In this document: one piece after another, positions 8,996 through 15,863 of the stretch
How the letters are laid out: every line of letters starts with the position of its first letter
Position numbering within the stretch: the first letter of the stretch is position 1
Assembly: GCA_964612745.1 (NCBI GenBank)
Contig: CAZTCH010000001.1
Coordinates: 6,074 to 70,073, forward strand
Direction of reading: 5' to 3'
Origin: an uncultured Candidatus Saccharibacteria bacterium
GTDB taxonomy: Bacteria; Patescibacteriota; Doudnabacteria; UBA920
DNA: 64,000 nucleotides
Program-made: the position numbers and the translations under genes
Notes under the pieces: model-generated
Database searches by the model: none
Seen by the model: only the letters and a program-made list of their open reading frames with translations
Told to the model about the DNA's origin: nothing

Positions 8996-10787
8996 TATTA
9001 GTGCTATACTTACAGAATGCGATGCTTTGAAGCCTAATTTTTCTTCCGATTTTATGAACGCAGAAACTCCTCCAAAACCCCCACAGCCACAGCTCTTTGG
9101 CGTGCTTAAATCCTATACTTGGTTACTCGTATCCCTTATTGTGTTGTCGTTACTATCCAACGGGTTTACGTTGTGGCTACCACGCATTATGTCTCATGGC
9201 ATAGATGGTTTTGTGCGTGGCGACTCTTTGCGGCTGGTGCTATGGCAGTTTGGTGTGGCCTCTGGGCTTATTTTCCTCTTTACGTATTTGCAAACATTTG
9301 TGCAGACGTATGCGTCAGAACGAGTCGCGCGAGATATGCGCATGCAAGTTTCGGACAAAATAGCGACACAAAGTTACGCGCAAGTGCAGGCAATGAGTCC
9401 CGCAAAGCTTTTGACGAACCTTACTTCTGATATAGACGCGATTAAGACATTTGTGGCACAAGCGATTGTGAATGTTGTCTCTTCGTTATTTTTGATCATT
9501 GGGGCGAGTGTGCTGTTGGTCGTGATTAATTGGAAGCTAGGGTTAGCGGTATTGCTTATTATCCCTATTATTGCCGGTACATTTTTTGTTATTCTAGGCA
9601 AGGTTCGTTCGTTGTTTTTGGAGTCTCGCCAAGTGATTGATTGGCTGAACAAAGTGATTAACGAAAGCATTATTGGTGCGGCGCTCATTCGTGTTTTGCA
9701 CTCTCAGTCGCGCGAGTATGAAAAATTTAGTGATGCAAATAGCAAAGCGCGAGATATTGGGATGGGGATTTTAAAGCTGTTTTCTGCGATGATCCCAATT
9801 ATTACGTTTACGGCTAATTTGGCAACATTGGTTATTTTGGTTTTGGGTGGGAAGTTTGTGATTGGTGGGTCGCTTTCTATTGGTGATTTCGCTTCATTCA
9901 ATAGCTACTTAGTTATTTTAATATTTCCCATTTTACTTATTGGGTTTATGAGTACGCTTATTGCGCAAGCGCAAGCATCGTACGGACGCATTGTCGAAGT
10001 GTTATCGTCTGCGGAAGTGGCGGACACCGGAACGGTTGTTGCAGCACTCGCGGGGAGAATTGATGTGCGTGAGGTGAATCTGTCGTTTGGGCAGAAAGAG
10101 GTGTTGCGTCATGTGTCGTTTGCTGTTGCAGCAGGGAGTCGGGTGGCGATTATTGGTCCGACTGCTGCAGGGAAGACACAGTTACTGCATGTGTTAATTG
10201 GTTTGGTGGCGCCTACTGCTGGCGAGGTATTATATGACGGACGCTCCATTCAGGAATATCAACGTGAAGGTTTGTATAAACAAATTGGATTGGTGTTTCA
10301 AGATAGTGCTATTTTTAACATTAGTCTACAAGAAAATATTGCGTTTAACACCGCAGTCTCAGAAGAGGCAATGCACAAAGCCATTGAAACTGCAGAGCTG
10401 ACTGACTTCATTGCTTCATTGCCGGAAGGCTTACAAACCGTAGTGTCTGAGCGGGGCAATAGTTTGTCGGGTGGGCAAAAGCAGCGCATTATGCTGGCTC
10501 GGGCACTGGCGGTAAACCCGAAGATTATTCTGCTGGACGACTTCACTGCTCGAGTGGATTTGGCAACAGAACAAAAGATCCTTGCGAACATTGCCCAAAA
10601 CTACCCTGGCGTAACGCTGGTCTCTGTAACGCAAAAAATTGCTTCGGTTGAGCAGTACGACCAAATAGTCGTACTTATGGAAGGGGAGGTACTCGCTACA
10701 GGTACTCATGCAGAGCTACTGGCGACGTCACCAGAGTACGTCCAAATATATAATTCGCAGCAAAGCACCAATACTCATGAACTATAA
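8988..10787 (+). CDS. ABC exporter, fused permease/ATPase subunit (heterodimeric multidrug-type)
   Basis: Six-TM N-terminal domain with Walker A GPTAAGKT, signature LSGGQKQR and Walker B ILLDD. Confidence 0.85.
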   Translation: MRSISAILTECDALKPNFSSDFMNAETPPKPPQPQLFGVLKSYTWLLVSLIVLSLLSNGFTLWLPRIMSHGIDGFVRGDSLRLVLWQFGVASGLIFLFTYLQTFVQTYASERVARDMRMQVSDKIATQSYAQVQAMSPAKLLTNLTSDIDAIKTFVAQAIVNVVSSLFLIIGASVLLVVINWKLGLAVLLIIPIIAGTFFVILGKVRSLFLESRQVIDWLNKVINESIIGAALIRVLHSQSREYEKFSDANSKARDIGMGILKLFSAMIPIITFTANLATLVILVLGGKFVIGGSLSIGDFASFNSYLVILIFPILLIGFMSTLIAQAQASYGRIVEVLSSAEVADTGTVVAALAGRIDVREVNLSFGQKEVLRHVSFAVAAGSRVAIIGPTAAGKTQLLHVLIGLVAPTAGEVLYDGRSIQEYQREGLYKQIGLVFQDSAIFNISLQENIAFNTAVSEEAMHKAIETAELTDFIASLPEGLQTVVSERGNSLSGGQKQRIMLARALAVNPKIILLDDFTARVDLATEQKILANIAQNYPGVTLVSVTQKIASVEQYDQIVVLMEGEVLATGTHAELLATSPEYVQIYNSQQSTNTHEL

Positions 10788-12537
10788 TTTACAAACTGCA
10801 AACCAAGAGCAGAAGACGCCATTTTTGCAAGTGCTCAAAAAACTGTGGCCACTGATTGCGCAAGAAAAAACGATTGTTTTGTTTGCGTTGTTGGCTGTAC
10901 TGGTTAACTCTGCGTTCAACTTGGTGGCGCCACGATTAATTGCCCACACTATAGACACCTACTTTTTTACACGTGACTACCACGGAGTACTCGTTTTTTC
11001 TGGAATAATATTGGTACTCTATGTCTTTGGGTTACTCACCAGCTATTTGCAAACACGGCTCATGGGTGGGGTGGGGCAGCGAGTATTGTTCCGGTTGCGC
11101 AATCAGATTTTTAATAAAATTCAAGAACTCCCTGTAGCATTTTTTAACCAAAATAAAGCAGGGGATTTGATTTCGCGAATAAACAACGACACAGACAAAA
11201 TTAACCAGTTTTTTTCCCAAGGATTGGTGCAATTTATTGCGAACTTATTTTTGATGGCGGGTGCAGCAGTATTCATGCTGAGCTTAAATGTCCGTTTGGG
11301 GGCTGCAACACTTGCTCCAGCGGTGGTGTTGGTTGTGTTAACGCAAGTGCTGTCTGGTTGGATTAAACGAAGTAACTTGTCTAGCGCGCAGTCGTTGGGG
11401 AGCCTGAGTTCGGAAATTCAGGAAAGTTTAAATAATTTTAAAGTGATTATTGCGTTTAACCGCAGGGATTATTTTAAAAAGCGGTTCCAAGAGGTAAATG
11501 CAGAGAACTACCACGCTGCGGTAAAGGCAGGGATAGCAAATAACACGTTTACGCCAGTTTACGGGTTGGCTTCCAATGTAGGGCAATTGATTGTGTTGGC
11601 GTATGGTATTTCTTTGATTTTGTCTGGTAATTTTACGTTGGGTTTGCTGGTGAGTTTTATTTCCTATGCGAACCAGTTTTACAATCCACTCAGGCAACTT
11701 GCTGCACTGTGGACGAGTTTCCAAGCAGTACTGGCTAGTTGGGATCGCGTGCATGAAATATTGCAACTAGAAAATAATCTTGCGGTGCAGGAAAACGTAG
11801 AGAGTGCGCAGGCGGCAGTACTTCTTGAGTTTCGGGATGTTGCTTTTCACTACCCAAATGGGCGAGAAGTATTGCGAGGGGTAAACTTGCAACTACAAGC
11901 GGGCAAAACCTATGCACTTATTGGGCCTACTGGTGGTGGTAAAACAACTACGGCTTCGTTATTGGCACGTTTGTACGACCCAACTGCTGGCGCGGTGTTT
12001 ATGCATGGGAGGGATATGCGTAGTTACACACCAGAAGAGCGTACTCAAAAAATCGGATTTATTTTACAAGAGCCAATTTTGTTTACGGGGACCGTACGGG
12101 AAAATATACTATATGGAAACGAGCAGTTTGCGCAGTACGACAATGCACAATTAGAGGCAGTATTGCATACCGCTGGCGTAGAAACATTGTTGCAGCGATT
12201 TGACCAAGGGTTAGACACGCCTCTTACTGCAAGTGGAGAAGCGGTGAGTTTGGGGCAAAAGCAGCTCATTGCATTCATGCGCGCCGTTTTACGCAATCCT
12301 GAGATACTGGTGCTAGACGAAGCAACAGCAAACGTAGACACGGTAACCGAACAGTTGTTGGAAGATATTCTGAATCACTTACCAGCTGCGACTACCAAGG
12401 TGATTATTGCACACCGGCTGAACACTATAAAAAACGCAGACGAAATATATTTTGTGAATGCAGGGGAGGTCACTTTGGCAGGTTCCATGGAGCGTGCGTT
12501 AGACATGTTGCTGCACCAAAAGCGGCAAGGGGAGTAG
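10777..12537 (+). CDS. ABC exporter, fused permease/ATPase subunit (partner of previous)
   Basis: Walker A GPTGGGKTT, degenerate signature LSLGQKQ and Walker B LVLDEA. The ATG at 10777 overlaps the upstream stop by 11 nt. The ORF-track start at 10708 lies inside the upstream gene. Confidence 0.85.
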   Translation: MNYNLQTANQEQKTPFLQVLKKLWPLIAQEKTIVLFALLAVLVNSAFNLVAPRLIAHTIDTYFFTRDYHGVLVFSGIILVLYVFGLLTSYLQTRLMGGVGQRVLFRLRNQIFNKIQELPVAFFNQNKAGDLISRINNDTDKINQFFSQGLVQFIANLFLMAGAAVFMLSLNVRLGAATLAPAVVLVVLTQVLSGWIKRSNLSSAQSLGSLSSEIQESLNNFKVIIAFNRRDYFKKRFQEVNAENYHAAVKAGIANNTFTPVYGLASNVGQLIVLAYGISLILSGNFTLGLLVSFISYANQFYNPLRQLAALWTSFQAVLASWDRVHEILQLENNLAVQENVESAQAAVLLEFRDVAFHYPNGREVLRGVNLQLQAGKTYALIGPTGGGKTTTASLLARLYDPTAGAVFMHGRDMRSYTPEERTQKIGFILQEPILFTGTVRENILYGNEQFAQYDNAQLEAVLHTAGVETLLQRFDQGLDTPLTASGEAVSLGQKQLIAFMRAVLRNPEILVLDEATANVDTVTEQLLEDILNHLPAATTKVIIAHRLNTIKNADEIYFVNAGEVTLAGSMERALDMLLHQKRQGE

Positions 12538-12577
12538 GGCCTTGTTTAGGGTAAAAAAGGAAAACCGCCAGCGAACT

Positions 12578-13192
12578 TTATGGGTTCGGGGCGGTTGTTG
12601 TTAGCGGCTGCGTGGAAGTATAAACTGGCGCGTGTTTGTGTTGGTTTGAGTTTGCACTCCAGCGCATAGCTGTGTAGCTGTGTTCTAGCGCATGTCCTAC
12701 CCAGCGTTCATCTATGAACTGTGGGAGCCCTGGGCGTGGGTTCCATAAAAGCATGTTCCCAAGAAAGCGCCTCCATTCACTTTCTGGAAGTATTGCGGGA
12801 AAGTATAAGTGATGTGACCGTCCACTGCGGTATACATCTACACTTTTGATATCCCACCGAGCGGGTAACCATTTTGCAAAGTTACTATCAGTGTCGTGAG
12901 ATTCCTGACAGTCTGTGAAAAGCATGTGACCACGCTGGTTTCCATGTTTATCAAATACCTGCGATTGTATTGCAAGTTCTTGACCGAGTTTGAGTGTTTC
13001 AATGTGGTACTGAACCAAGTGGGGAGTTAAGTCCTCAAATTTGATTGGTACAATGACACGAGTGTCATTTGTACTCGTTTGCGGTACGTAGAAGTATTTT
13101 GCCAAAAGCAATATGCTTCCACGTGGTATAAGGCCAAGGCGGCCTAACTTGAGAATTGATTGTATGGGATGTAAGTCCCAGTTTATTTCCAC
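12578..13192 (-). CDS. hypothetical protein (GTG start, SD AAGGAGGG 9 nt upstream)
   Basis: 204-aa ORF with a good SD. No recognisable family. Confidence 0.5.
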   Translation of the reverse strand: MEINWDLHPIQSILKLGRLGLIPRGSILLLAKYFYVPQTSTNDTRVIVPIKFEDLTPHLVQYHIETLKLGQELAIQSQVFDKHGNQRGHMLFTDCQESHDTDSNFAKWLPARWDIKSVDVYRSGRSHHLYFPAILPESEWRRFLGNMLLWNPRPGLPQFIDERWVGHALEHSYTAMRWSANSNQHKHAPVYTSTQPLTTTAPNP

Positions 13193-13307
13193 TGTATTAG
13201 CCCTCCTTTGGGTTTCGTGTTGGGGGTATTGTAAGGAATACGGCTAAATATAGCAATTACAAAAAGCTCTATTACATTTCTTGTAATAGAGCGAGTGGTT
13301 GCCTGTT

Positions 13308-13439
13308 CTACTTGGGGAGTGGTTCGTAGCTGGCACGGGGAGAGCTGGGGACTTCGCGGGGAAGTTCGTGCTTGGTACAGCCTGCAGCAAGCAGGGTGAC
13401 CGAAAGAAGAAGTAGGAAATAGATGTGGAATGTTTTCAT
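13308..13439 (-). CDS. small lipoprotein (43 aa), leaderless promoter
   Basis: Manual translation gives MKTFHIYFLLLLSVTLLAAGCTKHELPREVPSSPRASYEPLPK, with a signal peptide and LAAGC lipobox. TATAAT sits 6 nt upstream of the ATG, and a hairpin terminator (13265-13293) follows the stop. Confidence 0.4.
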   Translation of the reverse strand: MKTFHIYFLLLLSVTLLAAGCTKHELPREVPSSPRASYEPLPK

Positions 13440-13520
13440 AGTAGTATTATACCGCATTGTGCCAGTGCATTGATTTTTTTGCCTTATTTTGTTAGTATAA
13501 GCAGGAATTGGGCAAGAGCA

Positions 13521-13556
13521 GAGAATAGAGAGTAGAGGTTAGAAAGAGCTTTTTAG
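13521..13556. repeat. copy of modular low-complexity intergenic repeat (inverted orientation)
   Basis: gagaatagagagtagaggttagaaagagctttttag matches blocks at 2412-2440 and 36960-37000 (CTCTACTCTCTATTCTC) and the AGCTTTTTAG block. Confidence 0.6.
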
Positions 13557-13623
13557 TTTTTCTGGCGTGAAGACTCTCTTGTCTTTCTCGCAACTAGCAA
13601 CTAGTCACTCGCAACTAATTCTG

Positions 13624-13699
13624 GCGCCATCATCTAATGGTTAGGATAGGTGGTTCTCATCCACCAAATCGGGGTTCGATTCCCCGTGGCGCTACCAAT
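13624..13699 (+). tRNA. tRNA-Glu (anticodon CUC), CCA encoded
   Basis: Manual fold: acceptor GGCGCCA/TGGCGCT, D-arm, anticodon stem GGTGG/CCACC with loop TTCTCAT, T-arm CGGGG-TTCGATT-CCCCG, then discriminator A and CCA. Confidence 0.75.
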
Positions 13700-13731
13700 A
13701 AAAATACACCAGCATGCTGGTGTATTTTTAT
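13699..13731. terminator. perfect palindromic hairpin terminator after tRNA-Glu
   Basis: aaaaatacaccagcatgctggtgtattttt. Confidence 0.6.
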
Positions 13732-13732
13732 T

Positions 13733-13930
13733 GGTAGAGAAAAGACACGGGGAATCGAAAAGAGCGGTCCCGCCACCAGCGGGACTGCGCTGCGACTAGT
13801 TGGAGCAGTGCAGAGCGGCGGGGTCGCGTTAGGCGTCATGCGATGCGCCCGAAGGAAGCAGAGCATAGCCGTGGGTGACTGATTCCCCGCATGTTCGCCG
13901 TAGCTTTGGCGAAGGAGTGTGGCGCTACCA
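13733..13930 (+). ncRNA. candidate structured non-coding RNA (GC-rich; SRP-RNA-like GAAGGAAGCAG motif at 13851-13861; ends pair)
   Basis: Lies between two strong terminators. The 5' CGGGGAATC (13757-13765) pairs with the 3' GATTCCCCG (13881-13889), and GGTAG pairs with CTACC. Local hairpins include GTCCCGC..GCGGGAC and GGCG..CGCC. The 3' end duplicates the tRNA-Glu 3' end (gattccccg...tggcgctacca) with a 30-nt insert. ORF-track ORFs here (13637..13882 and others) are judged spurious. Confidence 0.3.
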
Positions 13931-13972
13931 AACTAAAACAACACCGAACAATTGTTCGGTGTTTTAGTTTGC
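13930..13972 (+). terminator. long hairpin terminator (aaactaaaacaacaccgaacaa/ttgttcggtgttttagttt) followed by T-rich tail
   Basis: About 19-bp stem with a 3-nt bulge. Confidence 0.6.
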
Positions 13973-14004
13973 CCTGAGCTTGTCGAAGGGCTCCTGTAAT
14001 CGAC

Positions 14005-14040
14005 GATGGGCACCATGTGCTGCTGTAGATGGTGCCCATC
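14005..14040. repeat. GATGGGCACCAT hairpin repeat family, copy A
   Basis: GATGGGCACCAT-gtgctgctgt-AGATGGTGCCCATC. Other copies at 22635-22679, 42947-43045 and 50862-50914. Confidence 0.8.
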
Positions 14041-14090
14041 TTGCCACCAACTTACTTACCCCACCCCGTGTATTTTGTTATAATTGCTCT

Positions 14091-14579
14091 ATGCACATGT
14101 ATCTTATTGACGGTGTGTCCGGTGCCGGAAAAACAACAATTTGTGAAGAGTTAAATAAGCGCGGGTATAGAGCAGTGGAGGCTGACGAGGTATTAGCAGG
14201 ATTTATTGATCCCGCGACAGGATTGCCTACAGATGACCACTCATCCGAAAATTGGTATTGGAGCAAAGAAAAGTTTGAGAATATGGTCAAAGAAGCGGGT
14301 GAAGCTGATATTTTTGTTTGTGGTGGGGCGATGAATAAACCAGATTTTCTGAATCGATTCACTAAAGTCTTTACGCTACATCTTGATGATGAAACTTTGA
14401 GAGACAGATTGCTACACAGAACTACTAACGACTACGGTAAGAAGCCTGAGGAGCTGGATTTCCAACTCAGGGAGAATCAAAAAACTGTACAGTATTCTAA
14501 GGAGCGTGGTTCTATACTGATTGACGCTACTAAATCTGTCGATGAAGTTTTAACTCAAATAATAAAAAACCTTGTGTAG
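14091..14579 (+). CDS. P-loop NTPase, small nucleotide/antibiotic-kinase-like (AAA_33/CPT-like)
   Basis: Walker A GVSGAGKTT near the N-terminus. ATG at 14091 is 6 nt after TATAAT (14079-14084), a leaderless layout. The ORF-track 13980 start is upstream of the promoter. Confidence 0.65.
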   Translation: MHMYLIDGVSGAGKTTICEELNKRGYRAVEADEVLAGFIDPATGLPTDDHSSENWYWSKEKFENMVKEAGEADIFVCGGAMNKPDFLNRFTKVFTLHLDDETLRDRLLHRTTNDYGKKPEELDFQLRENQKTVQYSKERGSILIDATKSVDEVLTQIIKNLV

Positions 14580-14720
14580 ATCGTTCATACTGCTGACGAT
14601 GTACATTATGTGTAGCTACGACACGCTGTGTTCATTGTTGGGTGGTAATTATATTGAGGCGAGTTGGTAGCGCTGCTTTTTCCTGCTAAAATCACTAAAT
14701 CTAAAACCTAACGAAAAACT

Positions 14721-15200
14721 ATGACTTCAAAAAATACAGTGTGTTTGTGGTACGACCGTGATGCAGAAGCGGCAGCAAACTTTTACGCGGTAACGTTTCC
14801 GGATACGGTAGTGACAGGTGTGCACAAAGCGCCAAGTGATTTTCCCGATGGTAAAGCAGGGGACGTGCTTACCGTTAATTTTACGGTCATGGGCATACCT
14901 TGTATGGGTTTGAACGGCGGACCGGCATTTACACAGAGTGAAGCATTTTCTTTTCAGGTAATTACCGAAACACAAGAAGAAACAGACAAGTACTGGAACG
15001 CAATTGTAGAAAATGGTGGGCAGGAAAGTCAGTGCGGATGGTGCAAAGACCGCTGGGGTGTGTCGTGGCAAATTACCCCACGTGTGCTCGTGGACGCAAT
15101 GACTGCAGGTGGCGAAGAAGCAAAGCGCGCATTTGAAGCAATGATGCCCATGAAAAAGATTGACGTTGCTGCAATTGAGGCAGCACGTAAAGGGGAATAG
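14721..15200 (+). CDS. VOC-family protein (PhnB / 3-demethylubiquinone-9 methyltransferase-domain-like, COG3865)
   Basis: N-terminal CLWYDRDAEAAANFY matches the PhnB-like CLWFDGQAEEAANFY pattern. 159 aa. Confidence 0.7.
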   Translation: MTSKNTVCLWYDRDAEAAANFYAVTFPDTVVTGVHKAPSDFPDGKAGDVLTVNFTVMGIPCMGLNGGPAFTQSEAFSFQVITETQEETDKYWNAIVENGGQESQCGWCKDRWGVSWQITPRVLVDAMTAGGEEAKRAFEAMMPMKKIDVAAIEAARKGE

Positions 15201-15243
15201 CACAGTAAAAGTGGACAGTGGATAGTGGACAGAGAACAGTGCG

Positions 15244-15287
15244 CAGTCGTTTGAGGCCCTGAGGGGTCCTCAGGCCCTCGAAGGGTG
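15244..15287. repeat. hairpin repeat cagtcgtttgaggccctgaggggtcctcaggccctcgaagggtg (left copy flanking tRNA cluster)
   Basis: Internally palindromic (GAGGCCCTGAGG/CCTCAGGCCCTC). The inverted copy at 15802-15853 differs by a few bases. Confidence 0.7.
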
Positions 15288-15303
15288 GATAGTGGACAGA
15301 GGA

Positions 15304-15331
15304 AAAACCGTTGCGGGGCAGCGGTTTTTTT
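15304..15331 (+). terminator. hairpin plus T-run terminator after VOC gene
   Basis: aaaaaccgttgcggggcagcggttttttt. Confidence 0.55.
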
Positions 15332-15334
15332 GTA

Positions 15335-15363
15335 TTGACTTGATGGGATAAAGACGGTATCAT
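15335..15363 (+). promoter_or_regulatory. sigma70-like promoter for tRNA cluster (-35 TTGACT, 17-nt spacer, -10 TATCAT)
   Basis: Consensus hexamers sit 12 nt upstream of the first tRNA. Confidence 0.5.
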
Positions 15364-15375
15364 GCTTCAAACATC

Positions 15376-15447
15376 GGTCCCTTAACTTAATGGTAGAGTG
15401 CTGAGCTCCACGTTCAGAGGTTGTAGGTTCGAATCCTACAGGGGCCA
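15376..15447 (+). tRNA. tRNA-Trp-like (anticodon CCA), atypical C37 and A73
   Basis: Acceptor GGTCCCT/AGGGGCC, D-stem ACTT/GAGT, anticodon stem CTGAG/TTCAG with loop CTCCACG, T-arm GTAGG-TTCGAAT-CCTAC. No encoded CCA. Confidence 0.6.
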
Positions 15448-15571
15448 TGAGTTGTAGCTCAATGGTAGAGCGCTGCTACTGAATAGGTAGGCTAAGACAC
15501 ATCAATTGAAGAAATTATGTGTATAGCGATTAAAAATCCAGAGGTTGTGGGTTCGAATCCCATCAGCTCAG
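15448..15571 (+). tRNA. interrupted tRNA-like gene (124 nt): U1-A72 acceptor, canonical D-arm and T-arm, ~50-nt insertion where the anticodon arm should be
   Basis: 5' TGAGTTG-TA-GCTC-AATGGTA-GAGC and 3' AGGTT-GTGGG-TTCGAAT-CCCAT-CAGCTCA-G pair perfectly as an acceptor stem. No 5-7-5 anticodon arm could be built, and the insert contains an ACACAT/ATGTGT hairpin. Confidence 0.4.
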
Positions 15572-15573
15572 TT

Positions 15574-15646
15574 GCTAGGGTAGCTCAACGGCAGAGCGTT
15601 CGCTTTTATAGCGGAAGGATTGCGGGTTCGAGTCCCGTCCCTAGCG
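15574..15646 (+). tRNA. tRNA with UUA anticodon (ochre-suppressor-like tRNA-Sup(TTA)), 73 nt
   Basis: Perfect 7-bp acceptor GCTAGGG/CCCTAGC, D-arm GCTC-AACGGCA-GAGC, anticodon stem TTCGC/GCGGA with loop TTTTATA (positions 34-36 = TTA), T-arm GCGGG-TTCGAGT-CCCGT, discriminator G. Confidence 0.55.
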
Positions 15647-15801
15647 TTGTCCACAGGAGGACAGATACATGTGCGGTTTGGTGCCGCTTAGTGCGCCAAA
15701 TATTTTGGATCTTAGATCCATTCCGCACTGGCGAGCTTCGTGCCCGCCAACAGAAACGAAAAACAACATGTAATGGTACATGTTGTTTTGTTTTTTCTAT
15801 T

Positions 15802-15853
15802 CACCCTTCGAGGGTCTGAGGACTTCTCAGGGCCTCGAACGACTGTCCACTAT
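15802..15853. repeat. hairpin repeat, right (inverted) copy flanking tRNA cluster
   Basis: cacccttcgagggtctgaggacttctcagggcctcgaacgactgtccactat is the reverse complement of the 15244-15287 family. Confidence 0.7.
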
Positions 15854-15863
15854 ATACTGCTCT

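Noticed and set aside
13881-13929. Second tRNA gene downstream of tRNA-Glu (because of the gattccccg...tggcgctacca similarity)
   Set aside because: No D-arm, anticodon arm or canonical TTCGANT T-loop could be built. Only the T-stem 3' strand and acceptor 3' strand are duplicated, so it is treated as a partial duplicate or scar, not a tRNA.
13637-14039. ORF-track ORFs 13637..13882 (+), 13657..13866 (-) and 13836..14039 (-) overlapping the tRNA-Glu and the GC-rich structured region
   Set aside because: They start inside the tRNA, have arbitrary Arg/Gly/Ala-rich compositions typical of GC-rich non-coding DNA, and lie between two terminators. Judged non-coding.
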